Positions 12,250-22,300 of a stretch of 64,000 nt of DNA are shown here, piece after piece. Location: assembly GCA_030141605.1 (NCBI GenBank), contig JAQGDQ010000464.1:62001-126000 (forward strand), given 5' to 3'. The position numbers were made by a program, and so were the translations under genes. The stretch comes from Tubiluchus corallicola. Taxonomy: Eukaryota; Animalia; Priapulida. The notes beneath the pieces are model-generated. The model did not search any database and had not been told where the DNA came from. It saw only the letters and a program-made list of their open reading frames with translations. Positions within the stretch are counted from its first letter, which is position 1. Every line of letters begins with the position of its first letter.

Positions 12250-15200
12250 TGTACTTTGTGCATTCTTGCATTCTTCTAATTTTCTCTCACTCGTTCGTTC
12301 TTTCTTCATATATTTTTCTTTCTCTGCCCTACTCTCTCTTCCTCCCTCTCCCTCTGCTAGGTGATACAAATATATACATGTGATACTAGTTATTGAAATA
12401 CGAGTGTTTAATTCTTCAGAGTGACTCTGTTACTGATTTAAGATACAGCCTTTTCTGTCATGTAAATGAAATTGATTGCAAACTTCAGGAACCTCGCGGG
12501 ACATGAAAATTTTATGTATCTTATTAATGAACTTACAAATTGATTCAAAAACTCTAAGTTAGTGACTATTTTGAAAAAAGGAAAAATTCACATTTACAGA
12601 AAATCAAGTTTAATTTATCATGACGTAGCATTTTTAATTAATATTATTTCTGTAAATGTGTAAACAATGTGAACTGTTTAATCTTTACTGTTTTACTGTT
12701 TTAATGAGAGGACTATACTCCAGTATTTGGATACATTTGCGTAAACTATAAAGTGAACTTTTTCTGGACATGTTGTATGATGTATTGTAATTATTCTTCA
12801 ATAAGTTTATTATAATTATGTAGCTGTAATTAAAGTCGGCCTTAACCTTTCATATAGTTTTGGGTTATTGGCCATGATTATTGTGACTACAGTCAGTTAA
12901 ATATTAGACAGATTTAGTGAATAATGTTAGGTTTTTAGCAATTAAGTCTGACTGTTTTATTACTAAAAGTTTGGATAAGCAAGTTTGACGAAAAAAACCT
13001 GATCGTCTAAACGGCTCATAAGTTACATAATTATGGTGCAGCGATGAAAAATATTTGCGTGCCGTTATAATCTGGTGTCTCTTCCCGATTAATGTAGATC
13101 GTTAATAATAGTGCTATAGCAGCACACTTGACAGTCCGATTTCCTATCCAAACTTTTTGACAAATTAGTTTGACCGTGTAAACAGCGAAACTGACAAACT
13201 TTTTGTTTGACAAGTGTACCGTTTACACAATCTTAAACTGTCACACTAATACTGACAAACAAAAACTGTCAGTATAAAAACTGACGCGAGTTTAGACGAC
13301 ACCAAACTTACTCCGTCAAACTCTGGTCATAACTATTCAGCAAGGGGTGTCAGTCTTCCTGTCAAATTATAGCGCCAACACGCAAATGTGCTTTATTGCC
13401 TATTGAGCTAGCTTGTGCGATTGGAAAATTAAAAAAGAAAGAGTTAGAAATGTTTTGGTGAACACTTCGATGAATTCAACGGTAAAGTATCGCGACCACT
13501 CAACAGAATTCATGAGTGAAGCACGGACATAAGCACAAGTACTGTATACACCTACTGTACTGTCGCAAAATGTTATCCAATGAGAGCAATTTGTAAAACA
13601 CGTGTACTTTAACGTCGTGCACATTGCACACCAATTTAAGCTTTACAATACTGTAGTTCCTTCTGAGACGAACTCAGACGACTCAACAACCAATAGCGTT
13701 GGGCCTCGTTACTTCATACCGATTGTTCATTTCGCGGGGGGCCGGGGAATTTTGTCGTTATTAATCCATCAAGTGGCAACAGATATTATACAACGAACAG
13801 CATTGTTGCATGTTGGCTGATATTGGAACCTACAGGGTAGAAACAGGGGTAATACAAAAGAGATTTTGAGTTTGCTGACAAAATAAACGAAAATTCTGAT
13901 TTTGCTGTACAACCTGTACTGCCTTCTACCAATCAACTAAGCAATTTGCGACAGAACTGTAGTTGTTATACAGGTGTTGGTTAGTTAAACTGAACTTCTT
14001 GCAATAAATAGTCAAACATTTCAACGTTTAGATCTTTGAAATCAGGCTGTAACTGCCAATTTCAATTCCTCGTTATAGTTATTTTTTCGTCCAGACTTTT
14101 CTAACTCTTTCTTTTCTATTTTCTCCTTTTTTATTGTACAAGCTAGCCCAATATATACAACAAAGCACGTCTGCATACTGACGCCCCTTATTGAACAGTT
14201 CTTACTAGAGTTTGACGAAACAAAGTTTTATGTCGTCTAAACACGCGTCAGCTTTTAGACTGACAGTTTTTGTTTGTCAGTTTTAGTTTGACAGTTTAAA
14301 AACTGATCGTGTAAACGGTATGTGAAAGTTGGAATTATACATTATAATTAGGTGCTGCCATCTATGGGCTAATCCTGTTACATTCTACCAGCTGACTTAC
14401 CCTCAGTATAATTGTGTGGTCCAGTGAATGCATACACACTAGTCCTCTCCCTATTTAAAAGTAATGGTTGTTGTGAAGCCTGTGCAAGTCTGCATAGGCC
14501 AAGTCCTATACCTATATATACTGACTATTTTTCGCTTTCTGGACACTCTCACTCTCAGTGTTCAGTGCAGCAGGTGTGCTACTCATGTTTCTGTGGTTTT
14601 AATAAACACTTTTCTGTTGTGTGCAGTGCAAATATGTATTATAGATTTTTTATTCCTATTCATACTTCTGTGCCTAAACTCAGTCATAACAAAGTGAGTG
14701 AAACTTCAAAAATGACTTTCACACGGTACATTATGTTGCGAACTATATAAGTGGAAGATAAACGAGTGAGTAGGTGTTGAGAAAACAACAGCGTAAACAG
14801 GTTTTTCGTAGAGCCATAAAAGTCGGATAGTGAATAAAAAGTTTATCCTGTTTGAATAAAAAGATCATATAAAGAGTAAACCGTTTTTATTTGGTTATTA
14901 ATATTATTCTATGCTGTTGATGTTGTTGCTGATTATGGTAAGACAATTAAGAGTAATACATTGTAGTTTTAGTAGCTTCAATCGCTTAATTTACATTATA
15001 ACTATCTACATGCAGATTGATGTCCTGGTACAACGAAGAAGCTCAAAATTTCATTTCTGCTGAAAGTAAACCGCTTACACCTGAACAAATTCACGAAGAC
15101 GTTAAAAGAAAAATCTCCGTCTACCGCAATTGTTCTGAAAGGTTAAAATCAAATGATACCAACAGATATTCATGCGTCTTGAACGGAAACTTTAGGACAA

Positions 15201-17127
15201 AGTCTGCAAACGTAAGTGAACCATTTCATCAAATACCATCTCTCGGTGGAGACGCAATTGTCTAAATTTCTAAGCAAATTTAAGTGGCAATATTAGCTTA
15301 TGTTAAAGGAAGACAGGATGATGTACCACATCATTTTCAAGTTCGATAAAAGTATACATATTAACACAACTAATACTGCAAAAGCGTTTGTGATAATTAA
15401 ATAATAGATTAAAAACTTTACGCTGGGCGAGCCCAACTATTGATAACATCACAAACTAACATATTTTTCAACAGCAAAAATATTCCACGAGCGTGTTGCA
15501 TGAGTTTAAAAAGCGAAAATTGAAGTACAGTGCTACTGCAAGATATTCAGTGTGTTGTACTAAAACTAGGGAAGTTTTAAGATAAGAATTCAAATTTTCC
15601 GCTGTGTTCACGCGTGATCTGTCGAACGTGTGCAGTTCGTCACAAACTAACACATTTGAACTGAGAGGTACATCACCTGTTTTTTGTGCAATGCGTTTCC
15701 GAATTGCATGCGCTAGTGCCAGTCTAACTAGCGAATATCGAAATGCATGTAACAGCGAACAACTAGTGGCACGGACGCGAAATTGTGTTTGTGTGGTAAT
15801 AATTCTTTCACGTAAGCCATTTTTGAAGAAATATATAACTTTACTCTACAAGATCAATTATTTTGTACTAAACTACTAACAACATGCGCGTGATTTACTA
15901 AATCCGAATGATTTACTTTACTAAATACGAGATCGAGGCTTATTCTCACGACCCTGACTCGTGCATCATTCACTTAGTCACATCACTCTTCAATGAGACA
16001 GAGACGAGACAGTCTTGTAATATATTGTACAAAAGTCAGCAAACTGCTTGCCATTTTGGTAGTTTTGCTAGGTAAGAGTTGATAACTTCATCTTTGGTTA
16101 GTATTGTACAAGTATGAGTTGAAAATACCAGTTAAAAGCATACAAAGCGATGAGTTAATTCTGGGTCAGTTGCTGTGCAATGGATGGCAAATGAAACTAT
16201 TTTTGCAGTTTCTAAGCACCAGGGAGCACCACGGGAATACATTCACATTCAGTAAAATATGAATACCAAATAGGCACTGGATAATAAAAAAAAATCCCGA
16301 TGATATTTTGAGCAATTACAACAAATTAATCACTTAGAATGTCTCCATTCTCGATACTCGACATTCACCAGAAGGGATTTTTCACTTGATTATGTATTAA
16401 TTCTTACTAAATGTGATAATGGTTTTCTAAAACCCTATCCATACTGGATTTTTTTCAGGATCCAACTTTATTTAAGGGTTGCTACGTGGCGTTTCTCCAG
16501 CGATACATGAGCGTGTTCCCTCCAGAGCAAATCTTGGTTCTACGGTTCGAAGATATGATAAAGGACGTAGGATCCACAGCACAACAAGTGTTCACATTCT
16601 TAGGAATAAAAGGTGAGCTACATGAATCATTTTGTTTGTATCATTTTCATTTCCTTTGCGTAGGAAAAATTCGCAATCTGGGAGTTATTAATGCAAATTG
16701 CAAAGAATATCAAAATTAATGTGAAGGGATAGTCACAATATCAGCTAAAACACCTTCGATCTTTTCTATGTAAGTGCGTAATATTTACATTGAAATTTGA
16801 ACACAGCAGCTATTCGACGTAACTCGCAATAATAACATTATGTTTAATCATAGATATCTCTTTTTAATACAACCACTTCACTCTTTATTATCTGTTACGT
16901 TTTACTTACAGAATGTGCTTGTATGTGCTCGATTTATACGTATTTTTGGATTATTTTTCCATCTTATTCTAGGTCACCAAGTCGATGATGACATATGGCG
17001 CAATCAATCACAAAAGAAAATGGTAATACTGAATTCTACGAAACAACTGCTAGATGATTTCTATTCATCATTCAACAAAGATTTAGCCGAGTTGCTAGGC
17101 GACGAAAAATGGCTTTGGGAGGACTAA
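3606..17127 (+). CDS. Carbohydrate sulfotransferase 15-like (GalNAc4S-6ST family), paralog B, complete, about 416 aa; join(3606..3827,6668..6734,8389..8544,9641..9721,11330..11437,11883..11994,15016..15211,16459..16612,16973..17127)
   Basis: Nine GT-AG exons total 1251 nt (417 codons) with consistent phases. N-terminal hydrophobic anchor (VCVTSVFYVLILSLSFVLF), YKNPCFY, LRCLPRFHVIGFQKSGTTTIY (5'-PSB loop), KELHWW, KIIVIMRNPTQRLMSWY (3'-PB motif), C-terminus LLDDFYSSFNKDLAELLGDEKWLWED. Family call is from remembered CHST15 motifs; orthology is not established. Confidence 0.88.
3895..3995. repeat. Near-perfect ~100-bp hairpin in intron 1, inside a 162-bp segment flanked by a 13-bp direct repeat
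   Basis: gaagttgaaatgcccataaatctcaaaaatactttatt...aataaagtatttttgagatttatgggcatttttaacttc; flanking actgtgagtatta at 3825-3837 and 4000-4012. Confidence 0.9.
5482..6053. mobile_element. Non-autonomous TIR element (PIF/Harbinger-like MITE)
   Basis: TIRs GGCGCATTTCACAGTGAGGAGGC / GCGTCCTCACTGTGAAATGACCC; flanks GAA / TAA. Confidence 0.65.
6668..6734 (+). CDS. Sulfotransferase paralog B, exon 2
   Basis: ttcag|GCT; AGIPYLENYKNPCFYVELQNTT; G|gtaacg. Confidence 0.82.
7048..7793. mobile_element. Degenerate fold-back MITE containing a 19-bp satellite
   Basis: TA-CACTAGTG...CACTAGTA ends; inverted internal matches aaataagattcatgtaaaac / gttttacaccgatcttgtt and gatgagctgcgaat / attctcagctcatt. Confidence 0.55.
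7335..7750. repeat. AT-rich 19-bp minisatellite (gtttatttaatttgtttta)n, about 21 copies
   Basis: Tandem unit read directly. Confidence 0.93.
8389..8544 (+). CDS. Sulfotransferase paralog B, exon 3 (5'-PSB motif)
   Basis: gttag|GA; HALRCLPRFHVIGFQKSGTTTIYSMLYRHPD...KELHWW; G|gtaaac. Confidence 0.92.
8823..9110. repeat. 23-bp minisatellite (ccaaaaa[c/g]cattgtcatgta[a/g]ct)n, about 12.5 copies
   Basis: Highly homogeneous head-to-tail units without spacers. Confidence 0.97.
9641..9721 (+). CDS. Sulfotransferase paralog B, exon 4 (81 nt, symmetric phase 1)
   Basis: ttgcag|CA and G|gtacgt; open frame KDYYGSINVENKFASPYFLERLRFFL; no recognisable motif. Confidence 0.6.
10218..10455. mobile_element. 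Small palindromic MITE with AAAAGCCCACC-type subterminal repeats
   Basis: ggtgctcagataaatgccc... / ...catttttaccgcgcacc; repeated aaaagcccacc on the left, ttttacc on the right. Confidence 0.45.
11330..11437 (+). CDS. Sulfotransferase paralog B, exon 5
   Basis: ttgcag|AC; SLDKYLQAFSNATKEI...HHKITG; G|gtgaat. Confidence 0.85.
11883..11994 (+). CDS. Sulfotransferase paralog B, exon 6 (3'-PB motif start)
   Basis: actag|GG; GDFSPS...PSAKIIVIMRNPTQR; AG|gtagga. Confidence 0.88.
12146..12243. repeat. (CT)n microsatellite
   Basis: Dinucleotide run; source of the SL/ER ORFs. Confidence 0.96.
13219..14318. mobile_element. 1.1-kb non-autonomous DNA transposon with about 110-bp TIRs
   Basis: TA-CCGTTTACAC...aaactgtca...actgacaaacaaaaactgtcagt...gtttagacgaca is mirrored at 14205-14318, ending GTGTAAACGG-TA; related TIR fragments at about 12980-13016 and 13171-13210. 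Confidence 0.85.
15016..15211 (+). CDS. Sulfotransferase paralog B, exon 7
   Basis: tgcag|A; LMSWYNEE...KPLTPEQIHEDV; AAC|gtaagt. Confidence 0.88.
15307..15830 (+). mobile_element. Interspersed repeat, probably Kolobok-like (TTAA-AGG start), copy 1
   Basis: About 500 bp aligns in reverse with 27705-28205; begins TTAA|AGGAAGAC. Confidence 0.7.
16459..16612 (+). CDS. Sulfotransferase paralog B, exon 8
   Basis: tttcag|GAT; KGCYVAFLQRYMSVFPPEQILVLRFED; G|gtgagc. Confidence 0.9.
16973..17127 (+). CDS. Sulfotransferase paralog B, last coding exon
   Basis: tctag|GT; ends KWLWED-TAA; AATAAA near 17312. Confidence 0.9.
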
Positions 17128-19248
17128 AAGCCAGCCGGATAGCATCTTTGCAAGTGGTAGCAGTTCAGTGGCGTCACACAGCGGCACGTGAATTAAACTG
17201 TTTGACAACAGAAATCATAGAGGAATTCAGCGAATGACATACAAACTTCAGATGAATCGAAATGCTTCATTCTTGCTGAATACCATAAAATATTATCATA
17301 TTTTATTGTTAAATAAATCAATTTTTAATATAATTGATTATACTCATGCCATACAACTGTATTTGTAAATTTTCCACACAAATTTGGTAAAAGATTTGAC
17401 AGAAATGTATTTTTAGATGTATGACTGATTTAGCAGATAAGAGTCAAGGGTTGATTTTCTTCAGTTTAAGTTTGAACATAACCAGGAGATGAATTGCTTT
17501 GGAGTTTTTAATTTCTGCAGTGTTATTCGAGCAGCCAATTCAACAGCATGGTCGCGCACAAAACCGGTTACTTATAGCGCCAGACTTAGTGGTTGTAGCT
17601 AAGGCTTCAATCAGTACAGCACGATAGAGGCAACCTAGTTATTTCAGCCAATATTAAACCTTTTTTGAGTCACTACTAATTTTATTCACTGTGAATCCAT
17701 AGCTGCTTTTAATGAGCATTATTAGCCCAAATTGATCATACAGTACTGTGAACAAAGCATGACGAAATTAATTCAGCTAAGTACAACTGGTCCTACATTG
17801 TTGATTTAGGCCATTTCTTTCGGTGATTATTGCTACGATTATTATTATTATTATTTTGTTATTCGATGTACTGTATTCCCTCAGTTAAATTCATACTACC
17901 TAATAACTGATATTTATTATACGTAATATAAATAACGCGGAGAGCTTCTACGATTAACCAAACAAATAATGTTGCATAAGTAGAGGTAGCTGCTAGGTGA
18001 CCTCTTGGTCTTTTGTTACCCCGTCTGAATTCTCATAGTAATGTAGTATTGTTCACAATTAAATATTGAATATTGTTATACTTTGTAAAAGAGACGAATA
18101 AATTGAATTGAATTCTTGCGCTTAGACTATATAAACCATCAGTGAAAAGATAAACAAATTTATCATGCAAAATTTCATTAAATAATACTTTCGTCGTAGT
18201 CTTCCACCTCCGTTATTACACAAATTCCATTTGGTGCTATATAGTTATGCCACAGCTGTGGGTCAGTATTGGCATCCTCGATTATTAACTTTCTGTGCAG
18301 ACATATGTGGGCACGGTAGAGGTAAGATGTTGACTCAACATTATTTTGAACATAACCAATCTGCATACTAGCTGAGTCAATTGTGAAAATAACAAAATAA
18401 TTATTACGATAGTGTTATGACCCGCCTGCCGATTTTAATTTAAGCGGCAGGTTGGCTTCTCACCTGTGTTCCGTACTTGCTTTTGACCTAGTTAGTTAGA
18501 GTTGTTATTGAGGTGGAAGTAATGTCGGCTGCTCAGGATGACAGCCCTGATGTTTTATTTTTGTTAATTTGTGTTTACTGGCAATAAAAATGAAGTAATG
18601 TCGCAAATGCATCTCCGTTTATTCACCATGTTTTGTGTAACCAATTCCAACTCATAACAATAGCAGTGATTCTGTACTGGTTGAACAAAAAATTTCCATG
18701 ATTTCTGTGTACCTCAGTTAAAGCAGAATACTCCCCTCCCCCATTCAGTTAATTCAGTTAGTCCCTCATAAGAACTTTACGGTACTCAGATCTTCAGCTT
18801 GTACCGGAATTAGGATTTTCTTGTCATTGTTATTTGAATAAAATTAATATCGTTGTTTGCTGAAATTATTTTTTTAATTTTAGCCGTTTATTCTGGCTGA
18901 ATTTCCCATTTGCTTTTTAAATTAATTCCGGTTTTAGCCACCATTGTGGCGTAAATATTGTTTAAAAATAAACCTTTGCATATTTTAACTTTTAAAGTGA
19001 GGATGGACAAGGTTACGACACCTTGTTTTTGACTAAAACCATTATCGCTGCAGCTGTCAAGCATAGAGTCAGGATCGCTACAGGCATGCTTGAGTGTAAT
19101 AAAAGTTTCTAATATTGTTCACGGGAGGGAGCTGCAAGCTTATTAAGTAATTGAAAACAAAATCTACGTGAATCAAATTAACTTTCTTGCAGTGTTGGCG
19201 TTCTGCGTTATTTGCACTTTTGCGTATGAGCTGCTCTCAGTTTTAAAC

Positions 19249-19380
19249 ATGGCGGCACTGAAAGAGACTGTGAAATACCGTCTGTGTGCTTCTGACGAAA
19301 AAAGTCCAAGTAAAACTGTAATATATGTAAAGCTCACAGATTCAGCGTTAAGTGCGCTTGAGGAATGTAGTCAACTTAAG
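19249..19380 (+). CDS. ELL: ELL exon 1
   Basis: aaacATGG; MAALKETVKYRL...VIYVKLTDSALSALEE; AAG|gtattg. Confidence 0.93.
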
Positions 19381-22300
19381 GTATTGTAGGTCTTTTCTAT
19401 TAATATTATCCGATCAAGCCTGTAGGCCTATTTGTTCAGCTGTTCTAAAGACTTACCTAATTTCCTTTTGGAATTAATCAGCATTCTTTTCCTTGTTTAA
19501 TAATTTATCTATTATTTTCCTGGACAAATGAAAACGTTTTGAATGCAATTTTACATGTTTATAGCTTATGATATCCAATCATATAGTTAAAGGAAAGAAC
19601 AAGCCTTCTGGGAAGTGAGGGTTGTTTAAATGTTTTCGAAAATGTTAGAATAATTTAGTAATAAAAGTGTGATAAGCTTCTCGTATAATTCGTAAAATCA
19701 CTTAAGTCGCGATCCTTTCGTGCTTGGGCACTCCCATTTTGAACGCTCATTGTTCCACCAATGACGTCATTAATCGGTTGAAGAAAAACAGCACATTGTC
19801 AATTTCCATCAAAAATATAATAAGTTTTTAGAAAAAAATCAGTTAGCTAGTTTTGTGATATTTTTGCATGAACAATAGGTGAGCTGCAGACATTTGAACT
19901 AGTTTAAGCAGCACGCACTTAACGGAAAGCCACGACGCGGTTATGAAAAGTCACGAAGTCTCCCAGTTGAAGAGAATGGTGGTAATCGCCATGCTAGAAA
20001 ATCAACTTTATGCTTTACACACAATTTTTTTTGCAAATTTCTTTGTTATATTTTTCTAAATTTAGGTGATAGCAGTAAAATAAAGCTAACATGCTATGTG
20101 ACTTGTGTCTTTTCCTTTCACAAAGTGATGGCAAAGATATGAATCGCCACTGCACTCGCATGTTTCATTATAAAGTAGTGTGCAAGAGTAATCTAACAAA
20201 AGACAAAAATATTCACTGTTAAGTGTGCTGATGTGCACAGAGCTCAATTCAGATTCGTGTTCTGGTCATGTAACAATACTTATCTCTTTAGGTTAACAAA
20301 TGAAATAATGTGCCTATGTGTACAGCATTTGAATATGACAAAATTAGCATACAGTAAGTCCTCGCTTAAAGGGGGAATATCATGAAAATCAAGTTAAACT
20401 TATTTTATAGTTGCCTTCCCCGTGAATTTTTTTTTAGCAGTACGTTGTCTAATTAATGGGTAATTAACTTTTTTGTATCTCCCGGGAAATGCCATGGAGC
20501 CCGGTGAAAAAATTGAACTAGCACGGCTCTGCTGGTGACGTAGCAGAGTGCACTTGCAGCTTGTGATACTGTCGTACACAACTGGGCTAAAAATAAAGCT
20601 GTTATTACTACATTACAGCATTTGACCTTGGGTCGAATAGGTAATCAGCTGATAGAAATGATTGTTGTTGCACTCATTCACATGTTTTCATTAAATTCTG
20701 CAAAAGCGATATATTTTACTACCGTCGAAAGTTATATGTCCATTATAGTATATTCTAACTGAGGTAAACAATCATTGCGCAAAAGTAGACTGGCCTACAG
20801 CATACTGTGAAAATTCTTGTGGCATTAATTGAAAACATCGTCAGCAATACAAGCTGCAAAAGTGTGAGCCTTGGTAACCAAAGTTCTTTTCTTGTAAAAC
20901 AAGTCTGATAAAGTGACTTCATTCTGCTAGAAGAATGAATGAATTTGCAAACACAGAGAAACTCACTGAACCATAATTATAATGCTAGTGTGACAATTTT
21001 TAGTGACAGTTTCATTTTATCAGCCTTGACAAGAACCCCATGGACACAGTGACTGTAACACTTTGGCTGCAGAATTATTGGTTAAACGTATATGAACATT
21101 TCTAACTTTGTCGTGTTTCAGTCAGCTTAATCAGTAAGACTTCTAATATCAACCAGAACTTTAACTGTTGTTCATTAGCTTTTGTTTTTACATGAGAACA
21201 ACTTGTTGTGTTTATTTTTACACAGCAGTATTTTTAAAATATCAGGATTAAATAAAATTCTTGTGATCAATTAGACTGAAATAAAAATTAATGATAATAA
21301 TACATTTATTATTAACATATTATTATCCACTTTTACAAAATAAAAAACTAACGATATAATGTGGTTCGATGAGAAAATGATTATTTATGGTGTTATTTCA
21401 AGCAAGGTTATTCTGACACGCACTCTATCACAAAGTTGAAAAAAGTATAATATGTAGTACAAAAAATTTTCTAGTATGACGCTCTTTGTGCTACACAAAT
21501 TACCAAATACACTGTTGTCATTGCTTATAGTATAAGGATTAACAATTTACAGTTGTCAATTTACGATTTACAATGTTTTTTCTTTAGTTAACATTCAAAA
21601 TTCAGGAAGACGCATCATAAATAAAATTTTAGCGCAAAAAACTGCATTACGTAATGTAATTGTGATATTTTTATTGAAATGGATACAAATCTCGAAATGA
21701 CTAAACTGCTTCGATAAACTATGCACTTGAGCTTAAAATGAAACAAAAAAGACACTACAAAAAACTGCATCTGACTGAATCTCTCAGAAGTGTAAGCACA
21801 ATATTTTTAACACAGGAGTTCATCATGTTCTAAACTCACGTTTCAAAGCAAACAGCTGAGAAATTATCACACAGGTTGTAGGAGTGAATCCAGGTTTTTT
21901 AGATTGTGCTTTCATTACTTCAATAATTTTCTGTTGCTCATTGGAAACTAAAAGTTTTTATATTTTGGCTTCGTATTCCGACACTTTCCATCTGACTGCT
22001 GCGTCCCGTCTAATCGCTGAATCAAAGTGTAACACATTCCACGACCGTTTTTCAATAAGAACAATCACGATGACCGAAACCGAGCAAATCGCGCATTCAA
22101 TCCACTATAAACTAATCTTTACCGTGATACCATCACTAGGTATAAACTGCGTAAAAGTACTGTATGCTGACTCTGCTTGCTGATGTAAACAAATACTCAA
22201 ACAGTGTTGTGAGTACTCGTTCTCCCCTTGGGCATTTTGCCAAGTTTCATCTGTAATACGACAAATTTTTGCCACCAGAGGCATGGGCGCAGTTCCTTGG

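Noticed and set aside
19168-19248. Upstream in-frame extension of ELL from a GTG start in the ORF track
   Set aside because: The ATG at 19249 has good Kozak context and matches the conserved MAALKE N-terminus
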